Of a DNA stretch of 64,000 bases, positions 12,856 through 39,864 are shown one piece after another. The DNA is taken from contig NIVC01001813.1 of NCBI GenBank assembly GCA_002269645.1, positions 62,001-126,000 on the forward strand, given 5' to 3'. The translations under genes were made by a program, and so were the position numbers. Every line of letters starts with the position of its first letter. The first letter of the stretch is position 1. The stretch is from Macrostomum lignano (taxonomy: Eukaryota). The notes beneath the pieces were generated by a model. That model saw nothing but the letters and a program-made list of their open reading frames with translations. It was not told the origin of the DNA and ran no database searches.

Positions 12856-14016
12856 TTAACGCCCAGTGTTAATCATGTACGCGTCGAGTTCCTTATCCAG
12901 ATCGTCTTTACTTGGGCCGCCGCCGCCGCCGCCGCCACTGCCGCTAAAGGAGCCGCCGCCGCGGCCGCCGCGACCTCTGCCGATACCGACAGCCCCGGCA
13001 GCAGGTCTTTGTGGCTGCTGCTGCTGCTGCTGCTGCTGAGGTCTGGAGTTGCCGGGCCTGATGCCAAGCCGGTTGGTGACGGGGCCTCTGAAAGAGAGAA
13101 TGAAGCATGATGATCTTCATTTTATATCCTCTTCATTTAATGCCTCTTAATCATCGACTGTATATTGGGTCAGGGAGGGTGCAAAACCAATGAAATCAGA
13201 GGGTCAGGGAGGGTGCAAAACCAATGAAATCAGAGGGTCAGGGAGGGCGCAAAACCAATGAAATCAGAGGGTCAGGGAGGGTGCAAAACCAATGAAATCA
13301 GAAGGTCAGGGAGGGTGCAAAACCAATGAAATCAGAGGGTCAGGGAGGGTGCAAAACCAATGAAATCAGAGGGTCAGGGAGGGTGCAAAACCAATGACAT
13401 CAGAGGGTCAGGGAGGGTGCAAAACCAATGAAATCAGAGGGTCAAGGAGGGTGCAAAACCAATGAAATCAGAGGGTCAGGGAGGGTGCAAAACCAATGAA
13501 ATCAGAGGTCAGAGAGTGCATCAAAATTACTGCATCAAACAGTGGTAAAGTGCGGGCGCACCTTCCCCGGCCGCGGACTCCAGCAGCGCCGCCCGGCTGC
13601 TGGGCTCCAATGGCGATTTGGGCAGCGGCGGCAGCGCCGACCGCGGGCTGCTGCTGCCCGACTCTGCGCTGAATTCGGCCGTCAGCGACGCCTTTCAGAG
13701 GGCTGCGCTGGATGCCAAAGCTGCCGATGCTGCCGCCGCTGGTTCTGGGGGCGCCGGGCAGAGCGGTGGCCTGTCTTTGCTGTGGCTGCAGTTGCTGCGG
13801 CTGCAGTTGCTGCTGCTGCTGCTGCTGTAACTTTTGCAGCTGAGTGAACCTTACAGAGATGAAAGTTGGATCCAGTCAAATACTTGCTCACGTGGACATG
13901 ACAATATTTTAAATTATAGCATGCTTTAAAACCTTTTAATCAACTCACCTGTCATTGAGGGTGACCTGAGTGCCATGGCCCAAATTAATCTTGACAGGTA
14001 GCACGTTATTCATCAT
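12856..14016 (-). CDS. CHTOP: Chromatin target of PRMT1 (Fop)-like protein with RGG region and C-terminal UAP56-binding motif
   Basis: Not in the ORF track; spliced by hand: exons 14016-13949, 13849-13562, 13087-12856 (phase 2,2). Translates MMNNVLPVKINLGHGTQVTLNDRFTQLQK...GVRGRGRGPVTNRLGI...GRGRGGRGGG...PSKDDLDKELDAYMINTGR*. The LNDRFT start and LDKELDAYM end are CHTOP-family hallmarks. Confidence 0.8.
13168..13510. repeat. 34-bp minisatellite in CHTOP intron 2
   Basis: GGGTCAGGGAGGGTGCAAAACCAATGAAATCAGA, about 10 copies. Confidence 0.95.
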
Positions 14017-15669
14017 GCAAATAGTTTTATGACATAAAGTTTAATGCAAAGGGGTTCACCTTTAAAAGGTTAGATCACAATAATAGAAAATTCTCCATAA
14101 GAAATACATAAAAAATATTCTAGGGTCAATTAGACTTCAAAATATCATTTGAGAGTTAACACTAATATCATATACCATGAGGGTGGCTATCAGTCACTTT
14201 AACAACAAGACATCAATGATAGACACTTTAATGACAATAAATGAGGTATAATTTTATGATTACAGATTTATGTAAAATGAATCCATTATTAAATAGTTTT
14301 AAGTAATTACTATAAATTCCAAAAACAAAATTAAGCAGCAAGGCAGAATTTAAGACGTAAGTGTTGGTAGCAATGCACACTTATACTAGACAATCTTAGG
14401 CCAAGGACTACTCTAGTAGGATGGGAAACCTTGTTTCTTAGAAAATGTTAAGAGGCTTGTTTTTCCAAAAATGTACTATAACCACACTTGGATCATGTCA
14501 TTTGTGCTAGAAATTTCTATATACATTTGTGACAACTGGCAATTACAGATCTAGAAATTTTTTAATGGGGATGCAAACTACTAAAGTGCATGTTTATGCA
14601 TATCATGTACATATATATGTACCTAATAATGAGTATTTACTATATAAAAAATAAATAATCAAAATATGCACCCTTTCTAAATCCACTACTAATAGCTAGA
14701 GCACACTTGGTGCACATTTTTGTGAAGTCTCATGGTGCATAAAGGCCTGAATTTTGGTATACAACATGCATTATATGGTGAACATACACTTATTCTTGAT
14801 CTAGAAAAGCCTACGTCACATTACTATTGTTTATAAAAGAACAAAAATCATGCATTTAAGTTATAAAGTTTTAATATTTTAAAAAATGAAAGCTTATATA
14901 GTGTAAAGTTGTGAGTATATAGTTAAGCAAATCTTTTGTAAATACATTATAAAATTCATAAAGGATAGGCCTAACAGCTTAATCAAAAAAACATTGAACA
15001 TTTTTTTCAATATAAATTTTTATGTTGATACTAGAGTAAACTAAGGATCAAGAACTTTAAGACTTGCCCTATAGGCCTAGTTTAGATCATGCTAAGTGCA
15101 TGTCTGAACAAAAATTGAATAGTTACAACTGCATGTCAAAAATTTAAAATGCACACCAACACTCTCAAATCTAGGCTAGTATTGCAACAATGAATGGCCT
15201 TTTTGCATTGCATAAAAGACCCTTTTTGGTAGATAATTAAGTTAATTATTAATCTTTCTTGCTTATACTATTTATAGCAGAAAATTCATACGCTTAAACA
15301 TTTGTTTTAAAGTTTTTTTATAAGCTTAAATACCCAAAGCTTGAAATTTATACTATATTCTTAGGTGTCATGCATGCCAATTGTATACACCTAACTTTTG
15401 GCATGCAAGGCCAATGTATGCCAAAATTTTTGGGTGTATAGGGCCTAGGCCCTGGGAGCCTATTATATAATCTGGAATGTGGGACTTGCTATTGGAAAAT
15501 ACAATGCACTAGGGCCTACTGCATTTTGCCTAGTATAAGCCTACCTGGTAGCTAGTGCATAATTGAAAATATTTGTGGGGAATTAGAACATATGTAATAT
15601 TAATCAAATCCTGACTATAGTATTATAACCATAGGGATAAGAAGATTTCATTGATATTTTTGGAACAAA

Positions 15670-16185
15670 AATTGTCATTGGCATTGCTTTTTTTGATAGG
15701 AGGCAAACCCAATGTTCATCTGTTGATAGGGCCTATTATTGCTTTTTATAGCTCTATTAATATTCATAAAGCTTTTTGTTCAGAAAATTAGGATTCTGTT
15801 AGGCCTATTTTTTATTCTAGGCATGTATACAATTGTATGTCCTTAAATGTCTAGAAACCATTAAAATTGCATGCCTCAGCTTATTCTTGTTGGCTTTTTT
15901 TATCTACTTTACCATTCTTAGCTATTTGTGTAGCAATATGTATAACAGAGATAACAAAATAGATTCATAAAACCAACAAGCCAAGTGTTGCCAGGCATTT
16001 TCATTTTTTTTGTAGGCCTACTACAGGGAATGTTTAGAGTAAAATAAAAAAATAACATAGTCACAGAATCCTAAATTTCTAAACAAAAAGCTTTATGAAT
16101 GTCAATAGATCTATAAGAAAGGCAATTCAAATCAAAATATGAACATTGGGTCTACCTCCTATCAAAAGCAATAACAATGTCCGTG
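15670..16185. mobile_element. Degenerate foldback/MITE-like inverted repeat (~150-bp arms)
   Basis: 15670-15820 is an imperfect reverse complement of ~16040-16185 (shared ...TTTGATAGGAGG..ACCCAATGTTCAT...CATAAAGCTTTTTGTT..GAAA.TTAGGATTCTGT). Confidence 0.6.
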
Positions 16186-17748
16186 CTGAAAAAATGAGAA
16201 CTTCCTATCTCCGTAGTGTATTTTTTCGATAAAAACCTGCCTCCTAAAATTTCCAAGAAACGAGGTTTCCCGCTCTGCATGAGTAGTTCTTGCCTCAGGA
16301 CCCAGCTATACACATTACTTTGAATACTTCATAATAAGATTTTAACACGCATTCGAGTAATTATCCGTGCGATCTCTGATGCCTGATGTGACTGGTGTGA
16401 CGATGTCACTTTCTTTATTTTACTTTTCTTTCTTATTTTGTATCGTACAGCATAACATTCATTCTACTTTATACTTAAATTTTACTTTCTTCTTTAGCGT
16501 TGACGTATTTTTGTTAACCGTATAATTCACAGAAATATTTAGCTGTAGATAAAAAGTATTCAAATCTATTTACTCTCTCCCACGCGTTCTCGCTGATCTC
16601 TCTCTCTTTCACACCGTCTCATTGCTAGAACTATTAAGCTACGCTCGTGCTATCTTTTATGTTAGAAGTAGATTATTGTCATTGTTAATTTATTGAATAA
16701 ACGATCAGCTTGCTAGTTGCGCACCATATCGGCATCGACATCGTCATTATTAAATGATCTAAATTCTAAATTCGTCACACTCTCGTGCGATTGTAACTTG
16801 ACCAGAATTGAATGTTGATTGCTTCCCAGAAAACAAAGTAAGATTATTTAAAACAAATAGCTTTTCACTCTAATTTAAAAAACTTTTTTCTCTACTTGTT
16901 AGAGATTTTTAATGTTTTATTAGCGATTTTCTTTTCTTTTCGTCCAAAGGATTATAATATATAAATTTTGTTTTGTATGAAAGTAACAAAAAGTACTGTA
17001 GTAAATGTGATATTGTGTTTAATTTAGAGCAAAAAGACACTTTAAAAGAATAAAAATATTGCCTCAATTCAACAATTTACACAGTAAGTCATTTACTTTT
17101 GTACGCTTAACAGGTACGGTACTTTTTGCGCTTTTTTTAAAGCTCTTTGAATCGAACGAAGACGTCCTGCCCCACCGCAGCTCATCGGACCAAAACTTAA
17201 TGGTCCTTTGCTTGATTACTTTGCAAACACATTTACGCGTAAATAAATTTTGGAAGACTGTTTGGAACATCAAACGTGTAAGAGCTGTTATAAACGCAGT
17301 TAAATAACACAGACAAGTTAATTTGGTATACCAAAAGCTAAAATAATTCTAACAAACAATTTTGCGTCGTAAAAAAGTTTCTGCTACCTACACGCATATT
17401 TTTGTAAATTTTCCATAGTAGCACTGTCCATTTTACCATTAAATATTTGACATTATGCAGTTTCGGTTGTAACAATTTTTTTGTCGATGCAAATATTATA
17501 TTGCGTGTAAATCGGCGCGTCAATCATTTGTTGCACGTTATAGTAGGGAATATGTTAAAGGTTCGTGTATTTAATGTAGTTATAAACGCAATCAACCACA
17601 ATCTGTAGAAATGCGTAAATACTGATATAAACTAGTGTTGGGAAAGTGATGTATTTCAGTAGTTTTGATATTTAAAACTTGTGTCGCTCCATCGCATTTG
17701 CAAAATTGTATTGAAAGCAACTGTCGAAAACTGCTATTTTTTCAGAGA

Positions 17749-18672
17749 ATGGGCGATTCGGCTAATATAGTAAGGATTGGAGAATTAACCACAGAGGACA
17801 ACAACGTGGAGTGCATAACTGTCTGCTACGACACCGTCGGGTTCTTCGTCGACACCTCGGCCTGTGTGGTGCCCGCCGACTCTTCGCATAGCAGCCACGC
17901 GTCGCTGCCCAGTCCTTGCATCATTACCAAAATCCAGATGAGGGACGAACTTCTGTTGCTATCCGTGGACGATAGCAGGAAGATGCATTGCCATAGCAGC
18001 GACATTGACTGGAACCTGGCTATCTGGCGACTTCACTGCGAACGTCAGGAGGTTTTCGTTGCTCAACCGTCTGAATTGACAATTGTGGACTTGAGCGGCC
18101 GCCTGATCGATCGAATCCGACTAGACAGTTTTGGCTGCATCAGGGGATTCTTCCGCGGCGACGGTGACCTACTGGTCGTGGCCGGGGGCAGCAGAATCGG
18201 AGCATTCAGCCGGTCCACCGGCCAGCTGCAGACGGTCTTCGATTTGGGTCCGCAGCTGCCAGATTCCGACTTCGGCTGCCTCACCGTCTGGAATAACCGC
18301 CTGTTTGTGGCTGAAAGAGAGCAGGGCCGCGTGGTGGAGGTGTGCCTGCAAACCCGGGCCCTGGTTGCCGTGCACCCTACCGAACGCTCAGGCCTGGAAA
18401 TGTTTGATTGGCCGCACGATATCTTGGTTGACAGCAGGGGTCGCCTCTTTGTCACGGAGTTCTCGGGTCACACAGTGCGCGCCGTATCGCTAGAAGATGG
18501 CTCCCTGCTGTGGACGGTGGGCATTCCTGGTGTGTTCGGCAAATCGGAAACTCCGGATGTCACCGTTCTGTGCTATCCCAGTGCAATGGATCTGTTCATA
18601 CACTGGGGCGCGGAGCACCTGCTCGTTTCTGATGGGCGAAACAATCAGATTTTGATCTATATGCTGTGCTAA
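17749..18672 (+). CDS. Intronless NHL-repeat beta-propeller protein
   Basis: GC-rich single ORF; NHL-like repeats FDWPHDILVDSRGRLFVTEFSGHTVRAV and LCYPSAMDL...LLVSDGRNNQILIY. ATG preceded by a TTTTTTCAG acceptor. Confidence 0.7.
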   Translation: MGDSANIVRIGELTTEDNNVECITVCYDTVGFFVDTSACVVPADSSHSSHASLPSPCIITKIQMRDELLLLSVDDSRKMHCHSSDIDWNLAIWRLHCERQEVFVAQPSELTIVDLSGRLIDRIRLDSFGCIRGFFRGDGDLLVVAGGSRIGAFSRSTGQLQTVFDLGPQLPDSDFGCLTVWNNRLFVAEREQGRVVEVCLQTRALVAVHPTERSGLEMFDWPHDILVDSRGRLFVTEFSGHTVRAVSLEDGSLLWTVGIPGVFGKSETPDVTVLCYPSAMDLFIHWGAEHLLVSDGRNNQILIYMLC

Positions 18673-18674
18673 TT

Positions 18675-19345
18675 CAGCCACACCCAATCAGCTGATTCCT
18701 CCTCACTCAATCAGCTAATCCAGCCACACCCAATCAGCTGATTCCTCCTCACTCAATCAGCTAATCCAGCCACACCCAATCAGCTGATTCCTCCTCACTC
18801 AATCAGCTAATCCAGCCACACCCAATCAGCTGATTCCTCCTCACTCAATCAGCTAATCCAGCCACACCCAATCAGCTAATTCTGCCACACTCAATCAGCT
18901 GATCCATCCACACTCAATCAGCTGATTCAGCCTCACTCAATCAGCTAATCCAGCCACACCCAATCTGCTAATTCTGCCACACTCAATCAGCTGATCCATC
19001 CACACTCAATCAGCTGATTCAGCCTCACTCAATCAGCTGATCCATCCACACTCAATCAGCTGATTCAGCCTCACTCAATCAGCTAATTCAGCCTCACCCA
19101 ATCAGCTGATCCAGCCACACCCAATCAGCTAATCCAGCCTCACCCAATCAGCTAATCCAGCCACACCCAATCACTCAATCAGCCTCACCCAATCAGCTGA
19201 TCCAGCCACACCCAATCAGCTAATACAGCCTCACCCAATCAGCTGATCCAGCCACACCCAATCAGCTAATCCAGCCTCACCCAATCAGCTAATCCAGCCG
19301 CACCAAACCAGCTAATCCAGCCGCACCAAACCAGCTAATCCAGCT
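18675..19345. repeat. 22-bp minisatellite (CAATCAGCTGATCCAGCCACAC family)
   Basis: Tandem array starting at the NHL stop codon. Confidence 0.93.
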
Positions 19346-19799
19346 ACATCCTTTCAGCTAAATTAGCTGTACTTTTTGCATGAAAGCGATCAGACATTTT
19401 TCATATGATTTATAATTTATTGACTCAAAAATGTTTCTGCGTACTGTTTAGTTACTGTCAGTAGACAACAAAGGATTATTCGCATTTTCGCGATTTTTGC
19501 TTCGATAATTCTTGGTGTGTTTATAATTTCAAATTTCATGCATAGGTATCCGCCTACAACTGCAACCATTTTACTTGCGCTTCAAAACATGAAATACACA
19601 AAACTATTGGCAGCAAGGTGTTGACCGACCAGGCCGGCAGGGAGCTGTCACTTAAAGTACAACTCAAATTTCTCGAGGCCTCGGCAGGTTAGAACCCGGA
19701 ACTGCCTGGCGGAGAGTTGGGGATAATGGAGCCCAGACTCCTCTCTGCACTGGGCTCTGAGAATCCGAAACTGGGCCCGCTTCGATTTTGTTCAGCTTA

Positions 19800-20642
<843 letters not shown>

Positions 20643-21054
20643 TAATATTTTATAGTTATCTATAATCGAGAAAACAACGAAGAAAACTAAAAATAAAATT
20701 TGAACAGCCAGATAAATTTGCATGTTCGCAGATTGCAACTGAAAGCAACGACGAGCTTGCCCTTGAGTCCTGCGGTTTTCTGCTACAAAAATTTGCCTGA
20801 CATTTCTAGGAAAAATAAAAAAGAAATATTTCTAAATGTTTGATTCCGACCGAGAAAAATTGTAGAGAAATGATTTTTAGATCAATTTGATACAGTCTTC
20901 TTAAATTCGAAAAACACTGGTAACTTCTTTTGCATGTTTAGCTGTCAGCTTCCAATTCAAACAAATTTTCGATAATTCTACAAAAAATCCGGTGAGTTTT
21001 AAGATTTTACTTCTGCCTGAATTGTCAAATAGTGTGCCGTTAACGCTACCGTTT

Positions 21055-22050
21055 TCGAGAGTGAAACTCGCTTCCAGACTCTTCCGAGAGTGAAACTTTG
21101 CTTCCAGACTCTTCCGAGAGTGAAACTTTGCTTCCAGACTCTTCCGAGAGTGAAACTTTGCTTCCAGACACTTCCGAGAGTGAAACTCGCTTCCAGACTC
21201 TTCCGAGAGTGAAACTTTGCTTCCAGACTCTTCCGAGAGTGAAACTTTACTTCCAGACTCTTCCGAGAGTGAAAATTTACTTCCAGACTCTTCCGATAGT
21301 GAAACTTTGCTTCCAGACTCTTCCGAGAGTGAAACTTTGCTTCCAGACTCTTCCGAGAGTGAAACTTCGCTTCCAGACTCTTCCGAGAGTGAAACTTTAC
21401 TTCCAGACTCTTCCGAGGGTGAAAATTTACTTCCAGACTCTTCCGAGAGTGAAACTTTGCTTCCAGACTCTTCCGAGAGTGAAACTTTGCTTCCAGACTC
21501 TTCCGAGAGTGAAACTTCGCTTCCAGACTCTTCCGAGAGTGAAACTTTACTTCCAGACTCTTCCGAGAGTGAAACTTCGCTTCCAGACTCTTCCGAGAGT
21601 GAAACTTTACTTCCAGACTCTTCCGAGAGTGAAACTTCGCTTCCAGACTCTTCCGAGAGTGAAACTTCGCTTCCAGACTCTTCCGAGAGTGAAACTTCGC
21701 TTCCAGACTCTTCCGAGAGTGAAACTCGCTTCCAGACTCTTCCGAGAGTGAAACTTTGCTTCCAGACTCTTCCGAGAGTGAAACTCGCTTTCAGACTCTT
21801 CCGAGAGTGAAACTCGCTTCCAGACTCTTCCGAGGGTGAAACTCGCTTCCAGACTCTTCCGAGAGTGAAAATTTACTTTCAGACTCTTCCGAGAGTGAAA
21901 CTTCGCTTCCACACACTTCCGAGAGTGAAAATTTACTTCCAGACTCTTCCGAGAGTGAAACTTCGCTTCCAGACTCTTCCGAGAGTAAAAATTTACTTCC
22001 AGACTCTTCCGAGAGTGAAACTTTGCTTCCAGACTCTTCTGAAAGTGAAA
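21055..22050. repeat. 30-bp minisatellite (TTCCGAGAGTGAAACTTTGCTTCCAGACTC) with some 29-bp units
   Basis: About 33 copies between a candidate donor (~20992) and acceptor (~22186), so probably in a 5'UTR intron. Confidence 0.93.
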
Positions 22051-22229
22051 AAATTGCAAGAAGACTCCTCCATCAGTGAAACTTACCTTCCAGAATCTTC
22101 CAAGAGTGAAGAGACACTTTCAGACTTTTCCAAGAGTGATTCTTCCAGCGTGAAACCTCAGTTGTAGAGGCAATTTCACAATTTTAGGAACTGTCAGAGC
22201 AGCGGAGCTCGGATTGCCGCAACAGCGAA

Positions 22230-35546
<13,317 letters not shown>

Positions 35547-35679
35547 CTGACCAGAATATACGGACAAATTCTACTTTTAATAGATAGATTTCTGGACGCT
35601 TCAGTAAATACTGATACAGGTGAAATTACTTAATCCTTGATATTTGACAAATTCCTTTGAAATCTATTAGTGTGAGCTG

Positions 35680-35870
35680 AGCTCATTAGACACGAGAATC
35701 AGTGTGAGCAGAGCTCATTAGACATGAGAAACAGTGTGAGCAGAGCTCATTAGACATGAGAAACAGTGTGAGCAGAGTTCATTAGACACGAGAATCAGTG
35801 TGAGCTGAGTTCATTAGACACGAGAATCAGTGTGAGCTGAGTTCATTAGACACGAGAATTAAGTGTGAGC
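35680..35870. repeat. 32-bp repeat upstream of ferritin copy 1 (also 50175-50335 upstream of copy 3)
   Basis: GACACGAGAATCAGTGTGAGCTGAGCTCATTA, about 5-6 copies at each site. Confidence 0.9.
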
Positions 35871-36257
35871 AGAGTGAAATCTGACCTGTCCACCGCAGAG
35901 CAAAGTTCCCTTAAAGTGCAAGGCGATTTGAATAACACGCACTGAGCCCAGCTGGCACGCAGAGCAGTGTCAATGACGCAAAGCCGTTGCCAGGTGAGTT
36001 GCAGGGTCGGAGAGAGTCGTGAGCAGCGAGAGGCGTCTGTGAAAGTTGTCAGCAAAATGCAGAATTCAACCAGAGGCCACGGCGATAACAAGTTTCCTGT
36101 GCTGGCATTTCTTGCCCTACTGATAAGACGGTCTCTGACTTTCAATATGAATTGGCTGTCACTTCGGATTTTCGTTAGTTTAAATAATTTAAAGGACTCT
36201 CAATTCTTACCCAGCCAAGTTTACTTACTCTTTGACACAAAACCAACACAAGCGACA

Positions 36258-39200
36258 ATGGCCCGGTTATCTCTGCTCTCAGCGATTCTGCTGCACCTGG
36301 TGGTTGTCTCCATGCAGCAGGGTGACGATGAGACTCTCGGTGAGTTGCCACTGTCCGGCCTTCGGTGCTACTTGTGATCTGGGATATCGCCACCTTCACA
36401 TTATTTTATGATTCGAAGGCCGATTTTGATAATTAGTGAGATAAGTTATTGCATGAAGCTAAAATGAAATCCTAATTTTAGCCTCTAGTAAGTTTTTACT
36501 CAGATCGATTGACTCGTGAAAATCCCTTTTATAAAGCGCATAACAAACGTATAATTCTCCGATGAGTATTGAGAAGCCAAGCAGTGGCCAGAGAGACAGT
36601 GAGAAGCCAAGCAGTGGCCAGAGAGACAGTGAGAAGCCGAGCAGTGGCCAGAGAGACAGTGAGAAGCCGAGCAGTGGCCAGAGAGACACTGAGAAGCCGA
36701 GCAGTGGCCAGAGAGACACTGAAAAGCCGAGCAGTGGCCAGAGAGACAGTGAGAAGCCAAGCAGTGGCCAGAGAGACAGTGAGAAGCCGAGCAGTGGCCA
36801 GACAGACAGTGAGAAGCCAAGCAGTAGCCAGAGAGACACTGAGAAGCCGAGCAGTGGCCGGAGTGACACTGAGAAGCCGAGCAGTGGCCAGAGAGACAGT
36901 GAGAAGCCAAGCAGTGACCAGAGAGACACTGAAAAGCCGAGCAGTGGCCAGAGAGATGGTGAGCAGCCGAGCAGTGGCCAGAGAGACAGTGAGAAGCCAA
37001 GTAGTGGTCATAGAGACAGTGAGAAGCCATATCTTCCACCACTGGAGCAGAAACTTCTTACACAAGATTTTAAGCTACTCAGCAAGTAGTATAAACCATG
37101 CATAGCCGTTGCTGAACCCCCGCAATCCGCAGACATTCGACAGCGATTCAACAGCACCTCGGTGTCGATGATCAACGACCAGATCCAAAGAGAGTTCAAC
37201 GCCATGTACCTCTACGAGACAATGGTAAGTCTTTCCTGATCCCACGCATTGCCAAGGTCGCCACCCAACCAACTTAATTATGTTAAACCCTACGGAGCGT
37301 CATACTCTGGGGGTACCTTGAGCTCACGCCCACTTCGCTCGTATTCAAAGTTCATGGTAATTTTTATATTGTTAATTTTATTAAAAACTCCACCACCGTG
37401 TGGATCTCGATCAGTTGAACCCCAGGGTTTTGACGTCGGTTTCTTTCGATCCAAATCCCTGGCTCAAATTCTAAAACCCGAGTTTGCCAACCGCCACGCC
37501 CGCAGGCCAGCTACTTCGGCAGGCCCAGCGTCGGTCTTCCCGGCTTCAAGAAATTCTTCAAGAAAGCCGCCGACGAGGAGCGCGAGCATGCACACAAACT
37601 GATCGACTACCTCAACATGCGGGGCGGCCACGTCAAGCTGAAGCCAATTACCGTGAGTGCCTGGTCACCTGGTCAACTAACACTTGGTCAAGCAGTCTAC
37701 CTGATCCCCTGGTAACCTGATCCCTGGTCACCTGATCCCTGGTCACCTGATCCCTGGTAATCTGATCCCTGGTCACCTGATCCCTGATCACCTGATCCTC
37801 TGGTCACCTGATCCCTGGTCACTGGATCCCCTGGTCACCTGATCCCTGGTCACTGGATCCCCTGGTCACCTGATCCCCTGGTCACCTGATCCCTGGTCAC
37901 CTGATCCCTGGTCATCTGATCCCTGGTCACCTGATCCCTGGTCACCTGATCCCTGGTCACCTGATCCCTGGTCACCCCTTATCCCTGGTTACCTGATCCC
38001 ATGGTCACCTGATCCCCTGTTCACCTGATCCCTGGTCACCTGATCCCTGGTCACCCCTTATCGCTGGTTACCTGATCCCCTGTTCACCTGATCCCTGGTC
38101 ACCTGATCCCTGGTCATCTGATCCCTGGTCACTGGATCCCCTGGTCACCTGATCCCTGGTCACCTGATCCCTGGTCACCTGATCCCTGGTCACCTGATCC
38201 CTGGTCACCCCTTATCCCTGGTTACCTGATCCCATGGTCACCTGATCCCCTGTTCACCTGATCCCTGGTCACCTGATCCCTGGTCACCCCTTATCCCTGG
38301 TTACCTGATCCCCTGTTTACCTGATCCCCTGTTCATCTGATCCCTGGTCACCTGATCCCTGGTCATCTGATCCCTGGTCACCTGATCCCTGGTCACCTGA
38401 TACCGGTCACTTAATCCTCTGATCCCAGTTCCCGGTCAGTATAACAATTTGATATTTATTTTTCAAACTACAGATTAGGCTTCAATGTAGCCCAATAAAA
38501 TGATCTTGTTGCAGCCTCCCAGCAAGTTCGAGTGGTTCTCCGCCCTTGACGCAGCCGAGACGGCTCTTGGCGCCGAGAAGAACATCACGCTGGAGTTGTA
38601 CAGACTGCGAGATCGGGCTGACAAGGAGAGCGACCCGCATGTGAGTCCTGCTGTAGATGGCTGCTCTGATTGCTCTCTTAGTTGCTAAATTAGCTTACGA
38701 AAATATGAGCGCCATTCCCTGTGAATATTGGGTGCCATTCCCTGTGAATATTGGGTGCCATTCCCTGTCAAAGCAATTAATTCACTCTCGTAGTTCGAGG
38801 GTCTTTTCGCCTTCACGCATTGTTCTAATGGCTCATCCATCAAACCCAAACGGTGTCGAAACGGTGACTGACTGACAGCAGGTCACCTGATCCCCTGGTC
38901 ACCTGATCCGCCTACACTCTGACGCACGTCATTGATTGGCTGGTTGGGTCAGCCCAGCTGACTCACCCCCAACCTCCGCCCCGACGTTCCAACCACCAGT
39001 CAGCCAATCAGCGACTTCCAGAATTTTTAGCAGACTATTATTCTATCATGTTATTTTATTTTCTGCGAAAACTCACCTTTAGCTTAATAGCAAATAACTG
39101 TGCGCGTGGTATTCCTCATGGTATTCCTCAAATTGCTACTCAATTCTTGAACTTTCAGCTGGTGGACTTCATCGAGTCCGAGTTCCTGACCGAGCAGGTG

Positions 39201-39293
39201 ACGGGCATCCGGGATCTGCGGGAACTCATCGCCCGCCTCAACAAGGCTGGCAGCGGCCTTGGCGAGCTCATTGTGGACAAGGAGCTCAACTAG
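36258..39293 (+). CDS. Secreted ferritin copy 1 (signal peptide, intact ferroxidase centre), 202 aa
   Basis: Exons 36258-36339, 37106-37224, 37506-37652, 38515-38640, 39159-39293: MARLSLLSAILLHLVVVSMQQG...INDQIQREFNAMYLY...KAADEEREHAHKLIDYLNMRGG...ALGAEKNIT...SDPHLVDFIESEFLTEQV...GLGELIVDKELN*. Confidence 0.92.
36570..37025. repeat. 30-bp repeat in ferritin intron 1 (about 15 copies here, about 5 at 50938-51080, 1-2 at ~45580-45620)
   Basis: GAGAAGCCGAGCAGTGGCCAGAGAGACAGT. Confidence 0.93.
37700..38430. repeat. 15-bp repeat (GGTCACCTGATCCCT) in ferritin intron 3; paralogous arrays 46250-47120 and 51795-51940
   Basis: Read directly in all three paralogs. Confidence 0.94.
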
Positions 39294-39864
39294 AGACTGT
39301 GGAGGAGAGGACTGACGCAAAGTCTCATAGGTGTAGCTGATTAGCCTGACTTCAGGACCAGCATAATGACGCTCAAGATTTCAGATTAAATATCGACGTG
39401 ACTCCATTTTCTGATATCGGCGCTTTAACTACGAGCGTATTATCCGAATTCATTTTAACTATCAATGATTTGAACAAAATAATCTACGGCGAGTCACTCC
39501 AGCATAGTCGTATTAGAAGATCGACTTTACTACAATGGAGAAAGCATATTTTCATTTATTCACCAACTAGTAACGAAATAAACATCTGATTTTACTTCGA
39601 TGCGTCGCTCGAACATTTTCCGGCTTTGAAAAAAAACTTGCATTCAAAATTGCATTCAGTAGAAGTTGTGTTTTACCCTTAACTGGAAATTAAACTTGGA
39701 TAAAAAATTTTGGGAATTGAACTGACTAGATTTTAGAATCACGTGACTTTTTGCTTTAACAACCTCAGATATAACAAAACGAGTAGTATACTATTAGAAA
39801 CATATCACAGAAAACAGCAACGCAATCGTATAAAAACAGCATCGTCACAAGTAGAGACAAAACA

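Noticed and set aside
21055-22167. Ser/Glu-rich LPDSSESETL repeat protein (S-x-E kinase motifs)
   Set aside because: Several 29-bp units break the frame, there is no start or signal peptide, and the array lies between a plausible donor (~20992) and acceptor (~22186). The degenerate in-frame tail leaves slight doubt.
35680-35870. Iron-responsive element (CAGTGT) upstream of ferritin
   Set aside because: The CAGTGT is in a 32-bp tandem repeat, its flanks cannot form the IRE stem, and it is ~400 bp from the ATG.
36562-37105. EKPSSGQRDS repeat ORF in frame with ferritin exon 2 across a single TAG (also in copy 3): possible readthrough extension
   Set aside because: A canonical phase-1 acceptor joins the signal-peptide exon directly to exon 2, the stop context is not a known leaky one, and repeat number varies freely.
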